In this document: piece by piece, positions 31,104-46,483 of the stretch
How positions within the stretch are numbered: the stretch's first letter is position 1
Layout of the letters: the number at the start of each line of letters is the position of its first letter
Assembly (NCBI GenBank): GCA_001244265.2
Contig: CDLV01000006.1
Location: 1,364,001 to 1,428,000 of the forward strand
From: Microbotryum violaceum
Taxonomy: Eukaryota
Length of the DNA stretch: 64,000 nucleotides
Reading direction: 5' to 3'
Program-made: the position numbers and the translations under genes
The notes under the pieces: generated by a model
Seen by the model: the letters and a program-made list of their open reading frames with translations, nothing else
The model's database searches: none
What the model was told of the DNA's origin: nothing

Positions 31104-31546
31104 GCCGCCGGTCGAACGAGTGCAGTGCCGGGGACTGTGCTGTGGTCAAAGGGGTGCCTCGAGTCGGTTCCGTCGCGACGCGAGTGTGACGTCGGGAGTC
31201 GAAAAAGCGAGAGCCGCATACTAATGAAGCTATGAAGATCGATCATGCGCGTGAGCGTGATCGCCGCCAGCGCGAGCCAGCGCGCCAGCCGCTAGCCGAA
31301 GCCGAACGATATATAATATGCCCGCCTACGCGATATGAAACGTTTCACACTCTCTCGTTGCGAGGTTTTTTTCTTCTATTTCCCGGAAAGGGGTTTTCTC
31401 GTCACCTTTTGAAGTCATGGTTCTGAAGTTTGAGCCAGCAAAGATGTTTTTGCCGTTAATTCCGATCCGCCAATAACACTCCAATAACCAGCCTGATCCA
31501 GCCACTGCGCGCTGATCCAGGAGGATCCAGGCTGGTAGAGGCTGGT

Positions 31547-32146
31547 ACAGGGTTAAGCTCGACGCCCCTCCCAAAGGGAAGGGCTTGTGAGTTATCGGCG
31601 CGTTTGGCCCAGTTGCCCTCCGAAAATTTGGCCCTGAAAAGTGCCCCATTGCTGTAGCATGGCATATATTGGTGCTATCTGAAAACTGGAGGGATACGTC
31701 TTTACTTCATCTCTATTGATGAGGCTTCACCGAAGCTTGAAGTCTAGGAACGCTTGATCATCTCGCTACAGCAGCTTGAATCAAGTGATTCCGAACGAGA
31801 CGCAGGTCGGCGCACGGACTAGTCGTAGTCCAGTCCGAGGCTCGCCGATGATGAGAGCGCCAATTACACGATGCGCTCGGACCATCTGAGGCCCGATCGA
31901 CCGAAATCGCAGACTTCGGATCGCTGTAGCTCCACCCACACCTTATGGAAGCTCTCGCCACTTGGGGTATGTCATTTTTAGAGCATAAAGAAAAATAGGG
32001 TCCCTCACTTTTGCATGAATGTAAGTATTTGCCAAGTTACAGAAAACCACCCCAAAATGGCCCTGAAATTTCGGAGGGCATCTGGGCCAAGCGTGCCGAT
32101 AACTCGTAAGCCCCTCCCAGAGGGAGGGCTTAGTTGAGCTTAGTAC
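31547..32146. mobile_element. Non-autonomous DNA transposon (MITE-like) with ~75-bp degenerate terminal inverted repeats
   Basis: 31581-31625 matches the reverse complement of 32069-32113 at 40/45 positions, extending outward to TAAGCTC/GAGCTTA. AGGCTGGT flanks both sides (31539-31546, 32147-32154). No transposase ORF. Confidence 0.75.
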
Positions 32147-32279
32147 AGGCTGGTGCCGCGCCGTTGACGTTGACGCGTTGACGTTCGGACTCGCCTGCTT
32201 CATGCTTCAGGCTCCCTCTGACCGAGCCGCTCCCCCCACTTCATAAGCTCGCGCGTGGTCGGTCAAACCATCAACTGCG

Positions 32280-35200
32280 ATGCAGGGACACGGAGGAGGA
32301 GCTACGCCGCCGTTACGACCAGGCGGTGTTCGCCCCTCGCTGGAGCCGAGATCGCAGCAACGGCCGTCGTTGACCGACCTCAACTCGCGACGACCGTCCA
32401 ACAACAACAGCAACAGCAACACTGCGCCTTCGTCGTCGAGGAGGCCGAGCAGGAACGGGCAAGGACATCGCAACGACAACGGCAACGGCAACGACTTTGA
32501 CGACTTTGACAAGGTCAACCATGGCGATCTGGCGTGGCAGAACGACGAACAAGCCAGTACGTTGCGCTCCACGTCGAGCCAGCCCGCGCACGAGTCGGAG
32601 CGCATCCTCACCCGGCCCCACATACCGTTCTCGGGGCTGACCAGCACCCTGGTCTACTGCGCAGTGCTCTCATTGTACGGTCTCACAACCTTGGCACCTG
32701 TAGGTCGTCCTTCCGCCGATCAACGATAAGAGATGCGCAAAGCTTCCTCCCCTTCCCCCACACGAACCTGGCACGCCTCCCTCCGCGCGCTGCTGCCCAT
32801 CACACTTGGCTGATCCCACCGCTCTTTCCACCAGACCAAATGGCAAGACGCAGAAGCAGTGGACGGCACCTTCTCGGAGACAGGTCAACCTACCACCACG
32901 GCCGCAGCGACCAAAGGGGATGAGCCGGATCCGCTCGGGCTCATGCGAGGCGGGGTCCTGGCCTCCAACCCGGATCTGCCCACTGAGTTGCGCTCCGCCG
33001 TGCTTCTGCACTCCAAGACGTTCGACCCCAAGGTGTTCCTCTCGACCGTACACCCCAATGCAACCTTCAAGGACCTCAACAAGGGCAGGGACAGGCTCAA
33101 GGACAGCCTCGAGCAGAGGAGTGGGGCACTCAAGCTCTTGGTCCAGGCCGAGTGGGATCGGTTCGTCTCTGTAAAGGCTGCCACAGAGAGTGAGTCGCCG
33201 ATTAACGGTTCATAGTCGAGTTGCTCACTGATCATTACTTTACTACTTGTTTGGAATTCACCAGCGGTCTATGAGGAAATGCGACAGCCTCGAGGACCTC
33301 TCGCTGCTGACGCAGATCATGGGGTCAAACAAATCCGAGAAACTCTCAAAGGTGAGGCCTGAATCGCTCCAAGCTGGTCGGAGAATGCTCGCTGATCCCC
33401 GCAATCTTGATCCGTTCAACGATAGTCGCATCCACGCGAGCCGATAACGTCTTCCAACCCATCCTCGACGCTCGGACCAAAGCCGAGCGACTGAAATCAA
33501 CCCTCGGCGTCTTTGAGCGAAGCAAATTCTTCTTCAATCTGCCCACAATCCTGGGAGAAGCGGTAGAGGATGGAAGATACGAAGTGGCTCTGCAGGCTTA
33601 CAAGCAGGGGAGGTATATCCTAGCGAGTCGACCGGCACAGTTGCTCGGCCTTCCCGTAGCGACAACGCCTCAACAGCAACAGCAGCAGAAGAGGATCTAT
33701 GACAAGGTACGCAACTGCGCATTAGACTCGACCCGTTTCCAAATCTCACCGGGTCCTCATCTTTGCACAGGTGTGGGGTCAAGTCGAAAAGATCATCGGT
33801 GACTTGCGCGCGACTCTGGGAAAACGGTTGAGGGACACGAGGCGAGGACTGGATGAGGTAGAAAAGACCATCGTGTGAGCTTTGAGCGTTAAACAGATTG
33901 TGCGAGTACCAAAACTCACGTTCGTCAGCTTGGCCCATAGTATTCTTCTGGAGCTCGATCCAACAGACGACCCGGTCTGGATTTTCTTCGATACTCAACA
34001 CCGACACATCTTGCAATTGTTGAGGACGTCGGCCGAGGCTTCGACATCCAGGATACGAATCGCGATGGATAATGCCACTGATGAGATGAGCGCACCCGAC
34101 TGGGACCGCAAGAGCGCAGCCGACTTGAGGACGTGTGTCGCTTCCCTTGAGGCGCTCGACGGGGAAGGCGTTCGTGGTCAGCCGAGTTCAAATCCTCACC
34201 CATCTCGGAGCAAGGACTGATGTCTCCTCAATTCCACAGAAAATGCGGCCGGAAGCGATGTGTGGCGGCTGATCTACGATCTCGTCCGCAATCTCAACGA
34301 GGTCATCCTCCAGAACCTGCCGAGTTTCTGGAAGGTCGCCAAAGGCTACATGGAGGGCAAATACCAAAAGGTTGGATCTACTCCAGCCGCTCTGTTGTCG
34401 AAGTGCAGCGCATTCTGACGAGGTCTTCTGTTTCCCAAGTAGAAGGTGTCATCCAACTCGTCATCGAACCCCGGCGTACGGCGTTCACCGACGCAATGCC
34501 GAGTCATGTCTCAAGACATTGTAACACTCTACGTATCCCTACTCTCCACCTTCTTCTGTCTTTCCTCCGCCAGCGCATCACCCCCAATGCTGCCCGACCC
34601 CGCCGATCCGAACGCCGTCCCTCCCCTCCCCTCCTTCGTACCACCGACTGCAAACGCGACATCCAACTGTCATTGGCTGCTGAGGACGCTACATGAAATG
34701 GTCGACTGTGCGAGTGACCTGACCGCACTCGAGCTGGCTGGTGAGGCCAGTCAGAGTCTCAAGGAGCTGGTCGGGACCTCGAGGTGGAGATTCGAAGAAG
34801 CAATCTGCTCAAGTTGGGTTCGCGGTAAGTTCAATCGGAATAGCTTGGTCGAAACGGTCAGCAGGTGAAATTGACCATGAGACTTCGGTCATCTAGATGC
34901 GAAGGTGTTCTTCCGACTTGAGACATGGCATCCTGATCCGGACGAACCCTCAACTACGGCGTACCTGCGGCAAGTTGCCGCTTTCCAACGCTTCTGCGCC
35001 ATTTCGGCTTATCGGATCGCCGGTGGGACGGAGGAACGGGCACAAGCCTTGATGGGGTCGAACGCATCGTCGAACCCGAGCAACCAGTTGGGCTCGCGGT
35101 CACGCTCCGACGTCAGTCTCCCGACCGAGTTCGTGAAGAAGATCCAAGCTGCATTTCTCGATGGATTGTATGCATTCCTCGACGGGTTGGTGCATGTCGC

Positions 35201-36300
35201 TTTCTCGGATCCGGAGCACATCTTCGCGAGTCCCGCGCCGGGGTCCAAGAACGGAACGAGTTCCATGGCGAGGAGAAAATTGGTCACAACGGGCGAGGAT
35301 GGACGAACCAAAGAGGTCGACATCCGGAATGTCGTAAGTACCATCCATCTGAGAGCCATGGAGGCACTATCAAACTGATATGAGTCTCATTGTTGGCACA
35401 CATAGGATATCCGAGTACTGCTCACGGTGTCGAACCTGACGCATCTCCGCGAAACCTCGATCCCACGCATCATCAACCAATTCCAATCGGCGTTCAAGAT
35501 TGACATGGCATCCGACGTCCAAATGCTCATGGATGTGACCGAGCAACTTGATAAGATTCTGTTCGACGATTACGTCAAACGCAAGTCGGCCGATGTCGCT
35601 AAGATCCTGAGGAAGGGTGTGTTGGGTGGTACGGTCGATTGGTTCGAGGCGGCAAAGCCCACAGAGGTGCACCCGTTTATCTACGATGCGTTGTTGAGTC
35701 TGGTGTTGGTGCATGCGCAAGTTTCGGCGACAGCGAGGCCTTTGGTCGCGAGGACCTTAGGCAGTCTGGTCGAGGAGTTGGCGATTGTCGCCCTCGATGC
35801 GTTTGGCAAGGTCGAACGCTTTGGTATGGGAGGAATGTTACAGGTCAGTAGACGGGCTCCATTCAATGTCGCTCGTCATTGTACTCTGACCTGAGACATG
35901 CCTTTTTTTTTTTTTTCAGGCAACACTCGAGATCGAGTTCATGCACCAGACCCTTTCACAACACGTTTCGCCCCTGGCAGACTCGACGCTTCAGTCCATC
36001 TACAAGACCATTTCGCAATCCTACTACCGTCGCCCGACACCAGACAGCGCGCAAGAATTGCAAAAGGAATTGGAAGGGTTGAAGCGAACGTTGGTTGCCA
36101 GTCGTCGTGCGACGGCGCTGCAGTTCTTGTGCTTCCGTAAACCGAGCGCGGCGAAGAAGGATACAAGTGGAGGTGCAAGTGGCGAGGCGGTGTCGAGTCC
36201 TGTGCCGGGATCACCGGCACCTCTTGTGCCAGAGTTGAACAGGACGAGGAGGGCCGCGATGCCTCCACCGTCGGGGTTGGCTTCGTTGCCTGAGGGCTGA
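32280..36300 (+). CDS. SEC5: Exocyst complex component Sec5, multi-exon
   Basis: DPLG..SKTFDPKVFLSTVHPNATFKDL..WDRFVSVK, FERSKFFFNLP, DDPVWIFFD, LVLVHAQV, GGMLQATLEIEFMHQTL. Confidence 0.9.
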
Positions 36301-38423
36301 GGCGGCCAGGGTTATGGAGTAGTCTCTTATCTTTTGCGTAACCTGTTTTTGGGTGTGATTTTTGTGTCATGTAGTTCATTTGCAACCTGTTCTCATCTCA
36401 TTGGTCTGGCTTGCGGCAGTCTCAGAAGTAGTAACTCAGAATGTGGTCGTCGCTGAGTTGGAGTGAGTCTGGGCTGCCGGCTGCAAACGACCTGGAGCAG
36501 ACACGCGCATTCGCCTCTTGGGCTCTTTCCGCATTAGTGTGGACCACTCCTTGCCGTACCCCGTCATACGGGCGCGGTGATGAGTGGTTTCATGGCGAAC
36601 ACTAAAGGTCAGTCTCCCGTATCATACGTCACGCTTAGCTTCCATGACCACTTTCAGCTGACATTCCTCGTTCTACGACGCCCTTCGCACGCTCGCTTTT
36701 TTTTTTTTTTTCCTCTTCGCACCCGCAGTTGCTTCTTGGGTCTTTCTCGATCTTTTGATCGATGACGTGTCCTCGGCGCCGTTCCCGTTTGCCAGAGTGA
36801 TTCGATTTCGATTCTTTACGTGTCGTTGTTCGATGGGTACTTCCGTTCGTCCTTGAACGACTCTTCCCCTTTTGTCGGGGGGAGAGGGATGTGCGATCCG
36901 TCTTGCCTCTTTCCGTCCATATAGTTTTGTCGCATCCACGGCCTCTTCTTGGGGCGAAGCTTTCCCATTGGGGAGAACCTCTGCGTTTCAAAAGGCATAC
37001 CGAGGTTTATTATCTTGTGAATGCTGAGCGAGGTTTCATGATCCGGGATGTGGGGTGGGGCGAGGCGCTTAAATGGACGAGGGGTGCGGTCGTGACCCGA
37101 GGTCTCTACACTTTCCATTCTGGTGCTATCATTTTGCAGCTTCCCTTCAGTTGCTATGTCTTTTATTCTCGTCATCTTTAAGCTGTGGTCGTAATTTATT
37201 ACATACTCAAATCTCGTGTCAGAGGGTCAACGGACCTTTGCAAGCAGATGAAACAAGAACGGGAGAGTAGGTCCAGCAAGCAATGGCCTGTTCCGCCTTG
37301 TCAAAGTTGAGAGCGTCGTGTTGTTCTGGGTGATGAAGTGCAAGTGACGGACTGTCGGTACAAGGCGGCTGACGGCCCAAATGTGGCAATTTTGAAACTC
37401 GCCGCGCTATGATCGCGTGGCGGTCGCTTAGCTTGGCTTTCAGTGCAGTAATCACCCCTTGAGCCTGTCGCGACGCGGCGCGCCGTCGCGCGGTCAGCCC
37501 GCGCCCTCGCCCGTGCGGCCGTGAGGCGCGAGGAGGCGCAGGGAGGCGCGCGCTTGAGCCCAAGCTATAGCAGGCTGTATTGGAGTGTACAGCACTTTGC
37601 CGACTGACTGACGTCGTCGTCGGGTCGTCGTTGTCAATCACGCCCTCGCTCTCGTCTCGCCTCGTCACCTTCGCTCATTCTCCTTCGAGGGTCTCCGTCA
37701 GCTTGGCTCGTCTGCACCTGTGCTGTCCGGATCGTTCCTCTCCTTCCTTCCACCCAATCCACCGGCTCGATCGCTCGCGGAATTTGGTCGACCCTGTCGT
37801 GTGATCCACGCCTCCATCTCGAGGACCACACAACCCGGTCAGTTCTACCTTTTCTGCGTCTCTGTGCGGCCATCACCACCTAGGATCTGTGGAGCATACT
37901 CTTGTGATGGGCTTGGACTCCAGGATGTTGAGGGTCCTGCAATATGCCAGTGTCAGTGTGGGGAGCGCTGTAGACACGCGCCGTCGCGCATGTGACGACG
38001 GGCCGGCAGCGACGCGGCGCCGCGAGACAGGACGGGACAAGACGAGATGACCAACACCTTACGCGCCCTTTATCTGCACATCCTCGGTCACGCATTGGCT
38101 TCGCATGCACTCGTGAGAACTGGGCTGACCCTGGTCCTACACTTAAATCGTCTTCTCTACATCAGGCCCAACTATTGCTATCCGGAGCCGAGACGCCGAA
38201 CTCGACCAAACCGGCCGACGCGTCGAACAGAGATTGTCCCTTCTCGTTCAACGTCAACGACCAGGGCAGCCTATACTACGGCGCAACCCCAATCTGAACC
38301 CCGACAACCAACGGTCTCGCTCAGCAATAGTTCCCAATACATCCTTGCCCAACACGGATTCACACGGCTCTTTCGCACCTCGTAACTCGACGACTGCCGC
38401 AGCTTGGTCCGACTTGATTCGCG

Positions 38424-41400
38424 ATGGCGACGGCGATGGACCCACCGCCCATCGCGTCGACTTCTGCTACGACCGCAAACGCAAACGCAAACGCAAACGC
38501 AAACGCAAATGCAGCGTCTTCCATGACCAACGCCACGGCCTCTGATGCGTTGGGGGATGCATCTGCCCGCAAGCTCAAGAAGAAGAAGCAGGGCCGAGGT
38601 CGAGAAATGATGGGTCAGTCCCGAGCTTGCCTGTCCGACGCTTTGGCGCGTTGAACCCCTGATGCAGACTGACGCACGCCTGCTTTCTGCCACACCTCAC
38701 GCTTTCCCTCGTATGCCTGATAACACAGTCAAAGTGTTCTACTCGCTCAATACACCGCTGCTCAGCAACTCTAGCCCCAGCGGCAACCATCACAACTCGC
38801 CAGCTCCCGCCCCGGCATCGACCCCTGCAGAGTCACCCCTGGGTTTCCCTCTCGACCCTACGCTCGCGTCCTTGCCGGCAGCAACGAGCGCACCGACCGC
38901 CGATCATTCATCATCCTCGATGTTACCTCCGTCACCACTCCTGGTCCCTCAGCAACAGAGTTATACGTGCATCGCCCGACTGCAGACTCCGGTGTGGGTG
39001 CAATTGCTCGGACCCAAACCGACCGTGGCGCAGTTAGACGAGGGCGTGATCGAGTATGGGCGCTTGACGCTCAAGACCTGTTTGAGCGCGATCTGCATCT
39101 CGAGGTAGGTCGAAGAGCATCTTTTGACTGCGAAAAAAAGTCTGAAAACACTCACCCGTTTGTCCTGCCTTATACTTACAGGCCCGAACTGGTGACAGAT
39201 CCCTCAAAGGACTACGCCGTCTCGAGTCTCGACCCTTATGAATCATCACTGGCAGCTGCTGCGTCCAAATCGACATCCTTGGCTGTCAACGGTCAAGGCC
39301 TGATGGAGGGCAAAGGCATGCTGTCGTGGAACCTCGCCGAGAAGCGGGAGGGGACAACATGGGTGTGCGGACGTGTGGTGCCGGACGAGCGACAAGCGGC
39401 TCGACGACGGATCAAGAAGCGCAAAGGGGACGATGGACTCGTGATTGCCGAGGAAGAAGACGAGAGTAGTGATGAGGAGGAGAAGCACGAAACCCTCGAA
39501 GTGTGGCTACAGCTCGTCGAGGTGAGTCCGCCGTCGAGATTTGATGGGCGAAGGGGGCATCACGTGACCTGCTTCCCTTCGGAGCGAGACGCGTCAATCG
39601 ACGAGCGATCGAAGTTGCATGTCCCGCGATGCTGACGCCCCAGCTTGAACATCGCGTCGTTCCTCGCAGAGACCGTCCTTTACCCAGATGCAGTTCCTGA
39701 CGTCACTGAGGTCATTCGCCAACCCTGCGCAACCCCACGACTCGTCCGATCGAGCTTCGTCCCCGCCGCGTCGACGCGAGCAAATGCTGTCGGGGCAAGC
39801 AGCGCGTCAAATGGCCATGCGAGTGGTCAGCGGGGGTGCTCCGCCCTCAGGGGATCCCGTCAAACGAAAGAGACCACGCAATTCAGATCGCCCGCAAATC
39901 ACTCTACCGCGGCCGTCACTGGGGCTTTCCACCGCCTTGCCACCACCACTGGTTGCATCATCAAGATCCGATGGCACAGCGGCCGTGACCACGCCGACGA
40001 CAGCATCTTCGACGATGAACCAGGTCGACGATACGCCGCGCATCGCTGCGTTGCTGGCGCAACTCTTACCTTCGCTCACCGATTCTTCGACTTCGCCCCC
40101 TGCCGCATCCATCGAGTCTGAAGAAGCCCGCCAGCTATTGCCCGCGATTCGCACGCTTGCGCAGTACTACGGCATCTCGGTGCCGTCCGAGCAGGCCGGC
40201 GCGGCGGCGGCGGTCAGTCAAACAATACCAGGTAACAGCCAGGTCGGCGAAGAAACCTCGACCACGAAGCCTGGGGAACAGTCGGCGAAGGCCAAGTCGG
40301 AGGAAGCTTTCACCCCCATTCCGGACCAAGCCCCTCTCGCCGACGGCGCCAAAGGGCGATCGAACCCAGCCGACGCGACAGCAGGTTGTTTCAATTGCAA
40401 GCGCAAGAAGAGCACGGTCTGGCAACAGAGCCACCAAGCCGATGGGACGCGCGTCACGTGCTGTAACGCATGTGGTGCTCACTACAACAAGTATGGTCGT
40501 CATCGCACCAAGGGTCAGCGCACGTCGCCTGCGCGTGCCGCTCAAGATGGCAATGCCAAAGCTTCGACCAGCACGGCCGGCGCTCCCGCTCGACGAGGTG
40601 GGAAACCGTTGCAAGGCCGATTGACGGCGGCTTGTGAATCCGATCTGAAGAAGGTCAAGACAACAAAGAAGGGAGCGGCTCGTGGCCCGGGTATGGTCGC
40701 GCCCCCCAGCCCGAGCAAGGTCATCGGTCGGCGACACACCCCGGGCGGGTCCTTTGGCCACTTTGGAGCGCATTCGTTCACCTCGCCGCAGCGCCACAAT
40801 TTTGCTGCGCGTTTGCGAGGCTCGAATCACCGCAGCGGAGGTTCATCGAACCCCTTCGGATTCGCTGCGACGTCGCCGACACGAGCGAGTCATCAACCTC
40901 ATCTCAGCCTCTCGGCTGCAGGTTTGAGGAGCGGGTACGAAAGCGATGGCGATGGCCGTGGCGTGTCGACCACATCAAACTTTGCCTCCATCTTCGGCAT
41001 CGGCAACCACAGCCCATCACCTGAGCGGCCGTCGTCTCGCAACATGCCTGCATATCTTCTCACCGCCAGCCCTGGAACGGCGCTCGATCGAATTCTGAAT
41101 GACACCAACATTGACCTCGACTCGTTTAACACTGGCTTGACCAGTGCTGCGGGTATGTCGGGCCTGAATGCGCTGACCGACGACGCCTCGTTGCTCAAGG
41201 ACACGTTGAAGCAACATTTGGCCGCGGGCCAGGATGATGACGAGGAGGGCACGCTCGATCGCGCTCTGAGCATGTACCTGAGCTCGTTGGATGACGACCA
41301 AGAGAAGGAGAATGAGCGTTCAGGATCGCTGTCGACGATGGCCATGGCGCTCAATGACGGTCCCTCCCCAACCGACCCCTATGCGATGATCGATCCGACT

Positions 41401-42354
41401 CTCCTTCCTCCTTCGTACGCAACGAGTAATGCCCTCCGAACCGACGCGCCGACGACCGACGCCGATCCTTTCGAGTCTGTTCTGTCCTCACTTCGACGCG
41501 ACTTTAACACGCGCCTCTCGTCCAATGCCTTGACCGCGCCCTCGTCGCCTACACCCTCGAGCCCCTGTGTCCAGCCTCGAACTAGCTCTGCTACGCCTGG
41601 CTCCAAGGGCAAAGCCCCTGCCTCGTGCGGTCGCCCCGCACCTTCCATCGTCGACTCGTTTTTGGACGGTCTGGTGCCAGCCCTCGCCTTCAACACTGCA
41701 TCGAACGGTGACACCCCCTTGAGCGAACCCGAATCTTGGACCCCAACGAGCTTTGAGCAGAACGACGATGTGACGATGACGCTCGATGCTTTCACATCCA
41801 ACAAAGCACCGACTTCGATAGTGACCAGGATCGTGACGTCGAGAAGAGCATCGGGCGGAGACGCTGTCAGTAGGCGGCCGCATCACCCTGCCGCAGCCAA
41901 ACACCTTCAACCTCACGTCTCGACGACGACCTCGGACACCGATTTCGACTTTGGCTCGTTGCCCCCGTCTTCTCCTCCTGCGCTCCCTTCCGAAGCTGGA
42001 CCGACGCCGTCAGAATTTGGGACATGCATCACACCCGATGGGGAAGGGTACATCGACGAAAGCCCTGCCTCGGGCGCCGAGGACGCGATCATGCGTAGTG
42101 CGAACCCCGAGGCGCCATCGAGTAAGCTCATGGCCTTGAACCTCGTTTCGAGTCTGGGTGAAGGCTCTTCGGGCACCGACCATGAAGAAGCAATCAAGGC
42201 TCTGCTGGCGGGCGGAACGGGAGGCACGGTGCAACTTGATCGGGCGACGGTCGACAAGCTGTTATCGATGATTGGCAAGAAGGGATCGACACCGTCGAGT
42301 ACGAACGAGGGCGATGGCGCTGCCGCGAAAATGTACACAAATATATTCGCTTGA
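38424..42354 (+). CDS. Ams2/SPT21 N-terminal domain plus GATA-type zinc-finger transcription factor
   Basis: Spliced VKVFYSL..TCIARL..YGRLTLKTCLSAICISRPELV..KDYAVSSLDPYES matches the Ams2/SPT21_N pattern. Zinc finger CFNC-x21-CNACG. Probable 5'UTR intron 37838-38165. Confidence 0.8.
38475..38509 (+). repeat. (GCAAAC)n coding microsatellite encoding poly-AN
   Basis: Direct reading; translates as ANANANANANAN in the first coding exon. Confidence 0.9.
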
Positions 42355-42851
42355 ACAGATATGATGGCTGAACGTTGAGCCCGCTTGTACTTTATGCACT
42401 TCACCCCTTTTCCCGTTTTCGCATTTCCACCACCTTGCATGAATCTAGTTGTGTTTGTCTTGAATTTTTTCGATAATCGCCTTTTCTTACAGTTCGGTCT
42501 TGCATTTCAGAGCGTCCGTGGAGAGTGAGCGAGACGCGCCGCGGGATTGCTCAGAGAAGGTCCGAGCTCAAACCGACTTCGCAACACTTGCGGAGGATCG
42601 GGCGATGTTGCCCGACTTCACACGCCGATCGGGTATCTCGCATTTGTCTCGTCCATCTTCCAGCGATTCGAAGGGAATTTACTGGATCGGGACAGCTATA
42701 GACACGGTTCGACGGGAACTTCTATCCAATTCTCCCCTTCCACCCTGCTGCAGGCTTCTCTTCGTCGCGCACTTGTTCGCCCGGTTACTAGGTGCCTTGA
42801 CTCTGATCAGTGAGTGCAGCCCTGAGCGCATATTTCTCAAGTGGGTCTGTA

Positions 42852-45809
<2,958 letters not shown>

Positions 45810-46483
45810 TGACTGTACGACGTGTGATCGGTCGTAAGATTCGGTCGGCCCTCTTTCTCGCTCGGGCTCTGCTTCGGCTGCGCATGCGGCAATCTGTCTG
45901 CCATTCACGAATAGATGTGTGTCGTATCTTGTTAGAGCCTAGCTAAGGACGTGTATTAAATATTTGCTTATGCAATAGTTTACGCCACCCCCGACTCCCT
46001 TTCCCCTCAACTCTTCATCACGGTGTCTCACTGGATGGCGCCGGGTGGAAATTAGCTCAGACGCTTACGCGTCCGAACCCTCGTGTCACGCGATCACTTG
46101 CGCGTATTGGCGCCATGGGGAGACCGAAACCGAACTGCATACACCCAGCGTTATCATTCTCATGGCAAAAGGTGGCAAGCGACCTCGACGGGTCGGACCA
46201 TGCTTGACCTCCACTCCCGCTGCTCGATTGGACGGGGTGCTGTGAAAGGACTCTGGCCATGGCGATATGTTGGATGATTTGCAAGTTGCAACGCTCTTTG
46301 AAGCTGAAGCTTTCGAGGCGTACGGAGTTAGGCTCAATTGGGCTTATCAGCGGCCGGCGGGCGCCCCACACGGTTCCAAGCGCTAGCTCCCCCGGCCGGT
46401 GCCATACCCGCTCTCTCCCTCCTTCCTTCCCCATCAGTATCCCTCACCGGATACTACCCCCTCCCCTTCTTTCGCATAGCAGC

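Noticed and set aside
37330..37373. GTGATGA...CTGA pair
   Set aside because: Too short (~45 nt) for a snoRNA, with no stem or guide.
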